Positions 12,806 through 24,656 of a stretch of 64,000 nucleotides of DNA are shown here, piece by piece. The DNA lies in contig NC_043003.1 in assembly GCF_006345805.1 (NCBI RefSeq), positions 88,970,001 through 89,034,000 on the forward strand. The letters are read 5' to 3'. The stretch is from Octopus sinensis (Eukaryota). Under the pieces are notes generated by a model. The model did no database searches. It saw only the letters and a list, made by a program, of their open reading frames with translations, and had not been told where the DNA came from. Within the stretch, counting starts at the first letter, position 1. Every line of letters starts with the position of its first letter. The translations under genes and the position numbers were made by a program.

Positions 12806-14424
12806 TAATCATTGAATAATGAACTCTACATGTTATCTAGCTACTTAAAAAGCATCCTCTGTAGGGTCAAGTACAAAGTGCTGATGTGCTCTTCATGTCT
12901 GTAGTTGCATACAAGCACACTTTCTTATAGTTGTACATCAAATTCAATGCTGGCTACCTTCTTCGTTTGTGGAGCCTTTAATGATTATGTTCCACTTGTT
13001 TTTGTACAGCCTCAGATAACTAAATGTTTAATGGGACAGATCATTTGTAATCCTGCATATACACATCTTTTCTCACTTCCAATAGTGCTGCTTGTGTTTC
13101 TTCTCCATATTTTCAATCCCTTCCCAACTGTGATGTCACCAAAGAGTGTAGCAAGTGATGATGTTTTCCACTTGTTTAAGAGTTGATCTTGCTTCTCTTC
13201 AAAATGCTTCATCAACTAGTTTTTTAACTATTTCTTCATTCCTCCAGCCAGGGATTGACTATTGTGTAGCTGACTGTGGAGGATCCTACTGGTATTTCCA
13301 AACCATTTCAGATAATGTTTGTATCATATGAATTCTGCTGCTGGTTTGGTGAAGGATTTCTCTGTGCTGGGAAGATGTTAAAGACCTGCAGAGTGGTATT
13401 GTTGTTTGAGGTCCCTGTCTGGTACCAATACAACAAAGATTTGTAGATTAGCTGATAGATGAGGGCATTAGTATGGACTACTCTGAGGTGGGTTTTTTTA
13501 GAAAGACTCTCTCTTCCAAAGGGCTTGTGTAAGGTGGTTTGTAATTTAGACATCCCATATGCAGTTATTGGAAATGACACTACCTAGGTACTTGAATTAG
13601 GAAGATGTGGTTAGTTGTTGTTGTTGTCATACTGGAGGGTGGTAGTGTATGCCATTGACACCTGACCTTGTTTTTCTAAAAGTTGACTGTCAAAATCATT
13701 CTTCTTATGTTACAATAGCTGACTTGTAGAACTTCTGGAGTGTGTGCAATCATCAGAGCACAGCCACCATCAGCATATTGTAACCCAGTGATCTGTTCAT
13801 CTATGTTCCAGCTGATTTGTAACTTTGTTGCCAACAAAATAAAAGATGATACTGCACCACTAAGGCACCATTTAAAACTTTCTATCTTGGAATCTGAAGC
13901 AAGAAAAATTGACAGTATCCACTTCTTTCTCTGTTGTGACTGTTGTTTAATCTGCTGTGATCAAGAAGAACTATGTTCAAGGAACCAGAAACAACACAAA
14001 AGTTCAGATGTTTTTTAACCAGCAAAGAAGATGGGTCAACAATAATGTTTGATTATATTAACTGTGGAGGGAACCTGTAGAAGAGATAGACCCAGGAGGA
14101 CATGGGATGAGGTGGTGAAGCATGATCATTGAATGTTGAATCTCACGAAGGTGATGACAAGTGATCAAGTCTTTTGGTAATTTGCTGTGCTTTGAGAAGA
14201 CATGTCAAGCCAAGTGAAATCGTAGTTGTGGCTGGTGCTGGTGACACGTAAAAGGTACCCATGCTGGTAACTCATAAGCACTCATGCCAGTGACACATGA
14301 AAGGCACCCGCTACTCTCTTGGAGTGGTTGGTGTTAGGAAGTGCATCCAGCCATAGGAGCCAAGCTAAATCTGACTGGAACCTGGTACAGCTCTCTGGTT
14401 AACTAGTCCCAGTCAAACTGTCTA

Positions 14425-15953
14425 ACCTGTGAAATTTTGCAGACAATTTGATTGGCAAATCCCATAAGGAATCGGTTTATTGATTTTTTCCAATCAGCGA
14501 TTGTTTTTTTGTGTTTTTCATTTTTGGAGAACTTAAAGCAGTCAAAGATCCCATGAATCCTAAGTAATGCTGGCATCAAGTTTGAACAAAATACATCAAA
14601 ATTGGTAGACGTTATGGTTGAAAATGGGGTGTAACCAATTTAAGTGGGAAGTCCTATAAGGAATTGGTTTATCAATTTTTTTTTATTCTGATTAAATGGA
14701 AAACCCCATAAGAAATCAGTTTATTGATTTTTCACCCCAAATAGGACTTAACCGAACATTGCTGATTCAAAAACATCTATATTTATACTTTAAAGTTGGT
14801 TTTCATATCCAACCCAGTTCTGCAGAATCAGTGTCGCGGCAGGAGCGCATGGGTTGGGAGTTTGATCAGCAGAGGTGATCAGGTTGCATATGCCAACCCT
14901 TTTGAAAACACCACCCCCATCATGTAACCCCACTTTGCCCATGGGTTGGGAACCCTTCCAGCAAGGAAAATAGAACACCCAAAAGGGCCCCCCCCCCCGA
15001 TCCTCTGTGCGAGAGGCGATTATGTTCAGATCACAACTAAGTATATATATATATATATGTGTGGGCAACACACACACACACAAACATATACATACATACA
15101 CCTATTGCATACATGTTTTTGCATGCCCTTGCCCCTGCCCCAGTCCCACCACCACCTCCTACCTGAGTAATACCATCAATTGAAGCAAATTTGGCACCTG
15201 GATATAAGTTTTGTAAGAGGAATAAGAGAAGCCTACCTTCTCCTACAGAGATGTGAGAGTCAGATCTCGCCTTTCGAAAACCTGAACAGTTTTGAAACAT
15301 TGTTTACAAAATAATAGCTGATCATTTGCGTAGGTCTTTTGCTTTGGTAACTTCTGCTCTCTCCCATGTTCATGCACAACCAGCTATATATTGCTATGAG
15401 TAGAACAATTGATTCAGCTAATTTGGAAATTAGTAGTGGAGAAACAGAGAATATCATTTATATTGTGTATATGTATATATATATATATATACGGGCAACA
15501 CACACACATTGCATACATGTGTTTTGTATGCATACATGCTCGTATGTGTGTGTGACTGAAACCATTCACACATACATACATAACAATCCGTGTCTGTCTG
15601 TTTTTGCCTGTCAATCACTCACTAAAAAGACAAAATTTTAAAAATCTGTTATCTCTCCCCCCACTCTCTCTCTCTCTCTCTCTCTCTTTACACCATTGCT
15701 AGAAGGGGACTTAAATCATATTTGCAAACAATTGTGTATTTCTCTGACTTGAAAATTGTTAGAAGTTATAGTTCAAAATTATTTACCGCTATTCGTGGGT
15801 GCCTCGGGGGAAAATAATTTGACAAAAATACAGCTAGGGTGGGATGAATGTCCTCCTAAAATTTGAGTGACCTGTGTGCTAATTTGTGGATGTGCATAAA
15901 CTACATTCACGTACACACATATACATACATCCTGCCTTTTATATATACAGATT
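14425..15953. mobile_element. Helitron-like non-autonomous relic
   Basis: PIF1-helicase C-terminal remnant MFMHNQLYIAMSRT...T.NIIY (HGQLYVA.SR-like, 15366-15465); three copies of cccataaggaatcggtttattgatttt; end tttatatatacagat resembles a Helitron 5' terminus on -. Confidence 0.5.
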
Positions 15954-15954
15954 T

Positions 15955-16997
15955 ATAAATCGTTTTTTGCTATTTTTGTTGAATAAGTTGGAAATTTGTA
16001 CAGTTTTGAAATATGAGATTTAGCGTCACAGACAGCTCGGAATATTAATGGAGTATTTCATTCTAATGTTATTACTCAGTAGAGAGTATCAAATTGGTTT
16101 GCAAAATCTTGTTCCAGTAACTTTGACCTCACAAATGAGCAACGCAGTCGACCAGAACAAAGGTGGATAATGACAAACTGAAAGCCACCGTTGAGTCAGA
16201 TCCATCTCAAAGTACCCGTAAATTATCGTGGTTGTTTTGTGTTAGCATGCAAACAATATTGACTCACCTAGTTCAAATCAGTAAAGGGAAGAAGTTGGAT
16301 AAGTGGGTTCCACATGAACTCAATGAAAATCAGAAACAGCAACATTTCGAAGCCTGCATTATGCTACTTTCTTGTCACAAAAATTAATCATGTGATGAGA
16401 AATGGATCCAATACAACAATCGTAAACATTCAGCACAATGGTTGAACAAAGACAAACTTCCAAAACACAGTCCAAAAAACAAAATTCATCAAAAGAAGCT
16501 GATGGTGTGTGGTTGGTGGTCTGGTGCAGGTGTGATCCATTATTTTTTCATTAAGCCTAGCTCATCAATCACAGCCGAAGTATAACTGCCGCCAACTGGA
16601 CCAAATGATGCAGAAACTTACAAAAAAGACAATGCCAGACCACACATCACAAAAATGACATGGTGAAACTACAGAAGTTGGAGTTAGAAGTTCTCCATCA
16701 TCCACCATACTCACCTGATCTTGCTCCCACTGACTACCACTTCTTCCAGAATTTGGATAACTTTTTGATAAGGAAAAAAGTTTATTCCAATGATGCTGTA
16801 AAACAGGCCTTCCAAAATTTTATTGACTCTAGATTGCCAGAGTTTTACAGTTCCAAGCTGGTCAAGCTACTGCTGAAATGGCAAAAGTGTATTGACAATA
16901 TGGGTGCATACTTTGATGAATAAAACTATTCCTTGTATTTATAAAGCATTAGCGAAATTTTTTTTCTTTTCTACAAATTTCATACTTGATGACCTAG
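15955..16997 (+). mobile_element. Mariner (DD34D) transposon, pseudogenised, 5' end missing
   Basis: KWVPHEL, CDEKWIQY, HPPYSPDLAPTDYHFF, WQKCI..GAYFD motifs with stops and frameshifts; TIR-like end ttcatacttgatgacctag-ta. Confidence 0.9.
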
Positions 16998-17202
16998 TAA
17001 ATAATAATGATCTTCCAAAATTTTAGGTCTAGTAAAAGTTGTGGTAGATAGTGAAGGACTAAATATGTCTTGTAGTAGTTATATCTTCCTCATGTCAATA
17101 TAATTTTTGACCTAGGTTAAAAATCCTGGTTAGTGTTACTTGTTATAAAATCTTGATCAGTATTATATTTAATTAACAACAATTGTCTGTATATATTTTC
17201 AG

Positions 17203-17363
17203 GAGACCGTTACTGCCCGATGTTACACAGAGAGAAGGGTTTTGATATCTTGTTTGAGCTGGTCTGCAACAAGAACACAGAACCAGATGTGTACAGACTT
17301 GCTGAGAATGTCCTTTTATTGATGAAACCACACATACAGAACTGCAGTTCTCAGTACTCATAG
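17203..17363 (+). CDS. ZYG11B: ZYG11-family terminal coding exon (GDRYCPMLHREKGFDILFELVCNKNTEPDVYRLAENVLLLMKPHIQNCSSQYS*)
   Basis: ttttcAG acceptor, phase 1 matches previous exon, RYC.ML..E.G matches ZYG11B, TAG at 17361-17363. Confidence 0.92.
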
Positions 17364-18098
17364 GATGGACTCACTTCCAGGGGTGGCACTTCATTGACCA
17401 CCATGCCCCAGACTCTACTGTCTTATGGTAACTAACACACCGCCATTTCCCCCTTCCCACACCGTATTGTTCCATGTCCTAGCCCACTTCTCACCCATCT
17501 TCTCCTACTCCCAAATTTACATATATACAATACTGAAATTAGAGCAGGGATGCATGTATACACTCATACACACATTTACTCATTTGCATACATGCAGATA
17601 CACATGAAAGCAGCACACATGCATACACTCATTAACCTACATACAGACTAAGTCATTCAGTTATGCATGCACACCGACATACATGCCATATGTACTTGTA
17701 CATCAGCAAGCATATATGTATGTATACTTATGCATGAATGCACACACAAAGGATGCATGCATATATGAACATGCCTACATACATGATCTTCATAAACACA
17801 TTCAAGTGTATGTAAGCACACATCCATCAACATTTGTGCACACAAGCAGATTTTGCATGCACCAATATACACACTGGACTCATAAACACACACACTGCAC
17901 AACTACTAAATATACTGCAACAATACAACTGGTTCTATTTTAAAACTGGTTTTAACACCTTTTTTTTCCTTGCCCTCAATATCTTTCCACCTCCCCTTTT
18001 TTTTTAAATAAATTATTTTATGATTATTCTTCTCCAGTAAAGATTTTCTTAAATACATTCACTGTGGAAGTTTCTGGAATACAATCATTTTAATTGGA

Positions 18099-18149
18099 AA
18101 ATAAAATTTTAAAACATGAAAAGTAATTTTGTTATTTTGTAAGAATAAA
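18099..18149 (+). terminator. Candidate polyadenylation signals of the ZYG11-like 3' UTR
   Basis: Two AATAAA hexamers ~740-780 nt after the stop with T-rich downstream sequence; region is AT-rich, so weak. Confidence 0.35.
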
Positions 18150-19302
18150 AACATTTTTTTTATTTAAAAGAAGAAATTTAAAGACTTTAAAGCAAGCACA
18201 CGCATGCATACACAGTAAGACACACAAACACATATCCCACACAGTGACACATGTATACACACACTCACAGTTATAGATTTCACACACATAGCTATTATTG
18301 CTAATCTTTAGCCTAAAGATTAAATTACAATAATGAAATTATTGTATTAGGCAAAATCTCATCAGAGGGGTAGTAAAGATATACTGTTAGGTTATTAGGT
18401 GTTGTGTTTTCGAATCATCTCAACAGACTGAATATTATTTTGTTGCTAATATTGGTATAAACCTGGGCCAGGAGGTTATAGGTTGTTTTAGTGCATAATG
18501 GATAGTGAATAGAATGAGGGTAATAATTGGTAAATAAGTAAATAAAGGTTGGTGAGTTAGAGTAAATAATAGTATCATATGACTGAGGGAATAAATGAAT
18601 GAATACTTTTGTAATTTGTTTATAAAATTGAGGGAAATTAATGTGAAAAATGGATAAAACATATATTAACCCCAGTCAAAAAAAACAGTCGTCTTTTAAT
18701 ACATTGCATATATATATTCATAAATATACACATCTAAGTAACAATATATGCATATTTGTAAATATACACACACATAAAATATGTGTACACAAGCAATGGG
18801 TACAAATATGTATGTATAAAGTACACTCACATAAAAATGCTTACATGTACATACACACATACTCATTCATATACCTACACATATATATATAGATATTAAT
18901 AATTATACCTAACACACATTTTTTCGTAAAGCTTTTTGCACCCTTCTATATGTTACATGTACATATATATATGTAGTCAAGAATTAGATGTACGAAACAA
19001 TACATATAAACATACATTTACAAACTATAATTCTCTCACCCCTAACGAAAATTGGTATCGATCAACTACAGTCAAAACAATTTGATTGACCAGATATTTT
19101 AAAATAGAAAGAGTTCCTGCATTATATAATTAAATAGATTTAACAGAAAACAAAGATACTATGTTTATAAAAGTGAAAAGGCTCTTATGCCCCTGAAAAT
19201 GATATTATTTAAGGGATAGTTGCTTGTGACATCAAAAATAGTATAAAAGGTAAAATTGAATTAATATATAAGGGGAGGTAATTATTAATTATTACATATA
19301 TA

Positions 19303-20101
19303 CAGGGTTATTCAAAAAGAATGAACTGATTTCATACGCAATATTTTAATACAGAAAAGCAATAGAAAACTCCAGCTAAGTCACAAGTATTTACTCACAA
19401 TCAACTTTTATTTCCTGGCTTACAAGTGTTTAATGTGGCCACCACCTCCAGCACAGACAACATCAATGCGATAAGAGAATTCCTTCCAGACACATATCAG
19501 CTATTATAATCCACTGAGTTAATCACTTGTTATTCAATGTTTAAGGTCATAGAGGTTAGTGGGTAAGAAAAAATCACACCCAGTGTGGATCTCGCAGGCC
19601 AAGCACAAAGAACAAGGTCTTGGGCCCCTTTCCAACCAATCCATCACTGAGGTACTCAAACCACCAGGTGCCAATGGGGCAGTTCCCCATCTTGTTGAAA
19701 AATGAAGTCATGTGAATCTGCTTACAGTTAAGTGAAGGGCCAGTTTTGGAGCATATCGAGATAGGTTTGTGCTGTAATGGTGTTTCCTTGAAAGAAAAAG
19801 GGACCATGAACCTTGTCCTGAGACACATTTACCAAAGGGGAATCTCGGTTACCTTAAACATCGAATAACGACAGTAATCAACTCTGTGGATTGTGATATG
19901 TTGATAGGCATCTGGGAGGAATTCTCTTATTGCATTGATTTTGCCCTTGCTGCAGGTAGTGGCTACATTGAACACTTCTAAGACAGGAAATAAAAGTTGA
20001 TTGTGAGTAAAATACTTGTGTCTTAGCTGGAGTTTTTTTATTGCTTTTCATTATTAAAATATTGTGTAATGAAATTGGTTCATTCTTTTTGAATAACCCT
20101 G
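19303..20101. mobile_element. Non-autonomous Tc1/mariner-superfamily element with ~250-bp inverted arms
   Basis: TA-flanked TIRs cagggttattcaaaaagaatgaac; internal transposase remnants (GPFFF, IFQQDG..PHW, WIG..GP.D...WP.RS, G.IEH). Confidence 0.85.
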
Positions 20102-20145
20102 TATATATATATAATCAAAATAAGCAACAAGTATATCCAAAGGTA

Positions 20146-20234
20146 GTGTCGTACAATCGTTTCATGCTACTTCATTTAATTAAACAATGTAAGTATTACA
20201 TCAGTTTTAAAATGTAGAGCACTCTTCAGCCACA
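20146..20234 (-). ncRNA. Type I hammerhead ribozyme motif, partly degenerate (PLE-associated)
   Basis: Minus strand: tgtgg-CTGAAGA-gtgct...gtagcat-GAAAC-gatt-GTA-cgaca; core intact, stem I has a mismatch. Confidence 0.55.
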
Positions 20235-20469
20235 TATGGAATTTTTAAAATTAAATTGATAACGTTCATTTTTATACTTATTCCATTTGCCAACATTACA
20301 AAGAGGGTAGGTATAAAGACAGGAAGGTGAATTTCATTAGTAAAAACATAGTAGTAGAAGATCTTTACTCATGGGTAGATTTCTTATCACTGAGTTTACT
20401 TTGTTATTTAGATTTACCATTGGGGAGGGTGTTTTCTATTAAGTTCAGTGGAGAAATCAACATTCGCCC

Positions 20470-21170
20470 GCCTCACGCCAAGAGTGTGGACAAACCCCAA
20501 GCTAACAGTGAAAACGAAAATTGCTGTGTACAGTGCTTGTATATTCAGCACGCTGCTATATGGCAGCAAGACATGAACCGTGTATGCCTGCCAGGAAAAC
20601 GGCTTAACACCTTCCACCTCAGAAGCCTCCCATGCATACTTGGCATCTCCTGGCAAGACAAAGTAACCGATATTGATGTTCTGTCTCGTGCTGACCTCCC
20701 CACCTTGCTGTGACAACATTGGCTGCACTGGCTTGGCCACGTTTGCCGTATGGAGGATGGTCGGATTCCAAAGGATATCCTCTTTGGAGAGCTTGTTGCA
20801 GGGTGGAGAAACATTGGCCGCCCGATGCTGAGGTACTGGGACATGTGCAGGAGGGATACAAAGGCACTTGGCATCAACACTAATTCCTGGGAGGATCTCG
20901 CAGCTGACCGAACCAGCTGGAGAGGCACTCTTCACAAACAACTGCAGACCGGCAAAGAGAATTTGAGGGTGGCGGCAGCTGAAAACCGAGCCCGCAGAAA
21001 AGAAATGACAGCCAACAGACCGAATTCAACGTATAGGTGTGACTCTGCAAACATGTCTGCCACTCTTGCATCAGTCTCTACAGCCACAGAAGGCATTGCA
21101 AAAACTGAATAGACAACTCAACGGACGGATGACATCATCCATGGTCAGCCATGACCGACAGAGGCCCTAG
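20470..21170 (+). mobile_element. RTE-BovB-like LINE 3' fragment
   Basis: RLNTFHLRSL..ILGISWQDKV, WLGHVCRMEDGRIPKDILFGEL, WEDLAADR..WR. Confidence 0.85.
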
Positions 21171-21256
21171 ATTATATATACAAATATATATATATATATA
21201 TATATATGAATAAATAAATAAATGAAGTTTAACACAATTATAAATCAAATATTTTT

Positions 21257-21342
21257 ACTTTCGACACATGTTTCGAAAATTTCACTGATATTATTCAAAA
21301 GAATAAATGGTATAAACAGTACAATTTTCTCTTCAGGAAAGT
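21257..21342 (-). ncRNA. Type I hammerhead ribozyme motif with intact core (PLE-associated)
   Basis: Minus strand: actttc-CTGAAGA-gaaaatt...aattttc-GAAAC-atgt-GTC-gaaagt; 6-bp stem I, 7-bp base of stem II, GUC cleavage triplet. Confidence 0.8.
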
Positions 21343-21439
21343 GAAAAAACGAAACTCATCAATAAGACATTTTAGCAAAAAATGATGAATTTGTATAGTG
21401 ATTTACTGAATGCTATTAATAACATCAGAAGGTGACACT

Positions 21440-21850
21440 GATAACAATCATGTTCAAATGGTGCCTTTTTTATCTTAAGTATTATTAAACCATTTTAAAG
21501 TATCATTAGTTCTACTCCAAAGTTTTAGATAATTAAGTTCATTTAATCTATTAATATATTTATCTAAAATGGTCTTACTTAATTTACCTATCCTTGTGGT
21601 CTTTTAAAGTAATTCTAGAGTGCATAGGTACATAAGGTTCAGTTTTATTGTCTAACTCATATTTCATCATGATTAATTTAGAGGCCTTATTTATATTATA
21701 AAGAGTATTTTCAGGAACAATTTTATATTTTTTATTTATTTCTCTACTAGATTATCATATAATTTAACTTCTCGTAGGTTCCTAGTTTTATCTGACTGTA
21801 GTATAATTCCTTCCATATTTTGCATTTCTTTTATTTTAATAGCTAGATTT
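21440..21850 (-). mobile_element. Penelope-like element RT N-terminal relic
   Basis: Minus-strand remnants ITLKDHK and LWSRTNDTLKWFNN typical of PLE RT. Confidence 0.6.
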
Positions 21851-22185
21851 CTTAAATATTCATTGTACTTATTTGGGTATTTAAGAAATTTAATATTAGA
21901 TTAACAATCAAAATTTCAGTTAACTGGTATTTATTATTAAGATACATTTATTTTACACTTTTGACCTGAAGAGTGGCTATATATTTTTTTAAATCGAATT
22001 AATATTAACATCAGAAGTAGCTTACAGAAAGAGTAGGGATATTAATAGTGAATGATAAATATAAAGGAAATTAGTGTTTAAATTATATATAATGATAGAG
22101 ATTACTTATATGCACTGAAGCAAATTGTCTAACCCATGCTAGCATGGAAGGCAGATGTTAAACAATGATGTTGATGTTGATGATG

Positions 22186-22253
22186 TATGTATGTATGTAT
22201 ATATATATATATATATTATATATATATATATACATGTATGTATATATGTATGG

Positions 22254-22296
<43 letters not shown>

Positions 22297-22321
22297 ATAT
22301 ACATGTATGTATATATGTATG

Positions 22322-22365
<44 letters not shown>

Positions 22366-22400
22366 TATATACACACACACATATATATATATATATATAG
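22186..22400. repeat. (TA)n / (TATG)n microsatellite block
   Basis: Visible dinucleotide tract with an internal duplication. Confidence 0.95.
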
Positions 22401-22659
22401 TCAATCCAAACAAGAACAAGCAAGAAAAAGCAACAACGTGAAGACGTGGTACAAGACACTCAGGAAAGGGAAGAAAAGAAAGAGGATTTCATGTTACGAG
22501 CGGAGCTCTTCATCAGAAATGCAGAAAAAGTCCAAAGAAGGGAAGACGAAGAAAGAAAATTGCCAATGATACACATACGGTCACCTCCTGAAATGACTGG
22601 AAGGGAATGGGTGAAGAAAAAGGTCTTTGTAAGACAGGAGAGTGCAAGAGAAGGAGTTA

Positions 22660-23490
22660 TGTGTGTGTAAGTCTTGGTATGTGCGTGTGTGCAGGTCTTT
22701 ATGTGTGTGTGTGTAATAATAGCACGTGTATGTGCATATGTGTGTGTGGTTGTGGCTGTTTATGTATGTGTGTGGTTGGACTTTGTGTCACTTGATGTCG
22801 TAGGAAGAATTTATAGTAAGAATTTTGATAGGAGTTGCTGTCTGTTGTGTGTCTCTCTTCACTTGTGCGCATGTGTGTGTGAACAAGGGGTTGTGTGGGG
22901 AGGTATATGTGCAATTTTTGCACACGTATGTGCGTGCCTGTGTGCATGTGCATGTGTATGTGAGTGTAGAGTGTATGTGTGCATGTGTATATGTGTGCGG
23001 ATGTGTGTATGCAGTTGTGTGTATGTGTATGCGTGGGGTTGTGAGTGTTAGGTATGTGTGCATTTGTGTGCGTGTGTTTGCGTGCATGTGTGTGCTTGTG
23101 CATGTGCGTGTGCTTGTGCATGTGCGTGCGCATGCGTATATATGCGTATGTGTGTGTGTGCATATGTGTATGTGAATGTATATGTGTATGCATGTGTGAA
23201 TGTGTGTACGTGTATGTATATATTGTGTGTGTATGTGAGTTGTGTATTAGTGTGTGCATTGGGTTGTGCGTGTGTGCATGTATGTGCATGTGTGTTTATG
23301 CTCATGTGTGTGTAATTGTCTGCATGTCTGTATTGGTGTGTGTTGTGTGTGTGGGAGGTATGTGTGCGCACATGTGCGAGTGTGTGCATGTATCTGTGTA
23401 TATGTGTGTTGGTGTGTGTGTATGTACGTGTGCATATGTGTGTGTATATGTGTATGTCTGTGCATGTGTATATGTATGTGTGAACATGGA
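22660..23490. repeat. Long degenerate (TG)n low-complexity tract
   Basis: ~830 bp of alternating purine/pyrimidine TG/TA/CA sequence. Confidence 0.95.
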
Positions 23491-23949
23491 AATGTGTATT
23501 CATTCGTATATATTTTCCATTTTTCATTTATATATATATTTTTTGGCGTAATTCACATTTACTTCTTAATTTAATTATGGCTTAAACTGCAGGATTCAAT
23601 GAATTTACTTACACATCTATATGTTTTGATATACTAGGAATTTATTTATACATCTGTTTAGTTTGATATACTTTTAAGTTGGAATATATAATGATAGATA
23701 AAGTTATAAACAGGTGATAGGTGGACCTGAAGATTGGGGTTGTATATAAGGGGAGGCTTTGTAAGAGACTGCAATGCCTCAAGAACAGAGTATGCAACCT
23801 CATGAAACACATGTAGTTGAAAATGAATAGTAAAAGAAATGAACACTTAATCCAGTGAGAAAAGTATTGAAAATAACCGTTAACAGACATGTATGTATAA
23901 ACGCCCTTGGGCAAGCTGCATGGCATGAGTACACATGTTCATACAAGCA

Positions 23950-24230
23950 TTAGCAAAAATGTGAGCATTGATGATTATCAATACGGTTTACATCTCCTTG
24001 GTTGGCATTTAGATGTAAATGCTTGCTAGATCCAGTAGGTGGGTTACTGAATCTTTGTCGCATTTTGCTATTGTTTATGCGATGCATAAGCTGCTCCAAA
24101 TTAGCAGAGTTACTATATGATACCTTCATGGTGTGCCAATTAAAAATAGCATGGTACTGATTGGATTTAGGAAAACACTTGTCTGAAGTAGCAAAAAATT
24201 TTAAGTTAACATGGTGGACAGGTCAGTTTT
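23950..24230 (-). mobile_element. Penelope-like element linker relic
   Basis: KFF...DKCFPKSNQYHAIFNWHTMKVSYS resembles the PLE motif FL.LIDKHFP....HKIFN.NT.K.SYS. Confidence 0.6.
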
Positions 24231-24656
24231 AGCTTCCCTACTATTATAATGTAAACCTTTTTGAACTCATAATATTCTGTGCGTGTATACTAATATTCCA
24301 CTGAACTTTTTAATAATTCCATCTGGAAACTATCTTAAACATGTTCTTGAGAATGATTATTTATGTTGTAATCTTTTGTGCCCAATATTTTAAGGAACTT
24401 GTTAAACTTTTTTATGTCCTTAACATGTCCCTGTTAGCAAAGACTGTATATATGTAATGTAGAAATTTGTAACAACCAATAATTAACGCAACCAAACTTC
24501 TACATGTTACTTTTGACAATCTTTTTCCAAAGAGTGAAACCGGTAAAGTAAATAAACATCTTTTAAAATTGCATTTTCAAACCTTCTTTCGTATATATTT
24601 CCACTCGTGCGGTACCCTACAACTCCACTTTGTTATATATATATGTGTGTGTGTGT

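Noticed and set aside
12850-14040. Coding-like intronic stretch, possibly a transposase or integrase relic
   Set aside because: Too degraded to assign; no convincing motif or splice pattern.
18290-18670. Possible mitochondrial insertion (hydrophobic ORF) and a minus-strand CTGATGA hairpin
   Set aside because: No mitochondrial protein motif recognised; the CTGATGA has no following GAAA box, so at most a truncated PLE remnant.
22139-23574. Many His/Thr- or Cys/Val-rich ORFs
   Set aside because: Translations of TA/TG microsatellites.
23950-24182. Apparent minus-strand terminal exon after a strong acceptor (ttttttgctacttcag)
   Set aside because: The peptide is PLE-derived and similarity continues through the acceptor, so exonisation is unsupported without RNA data.
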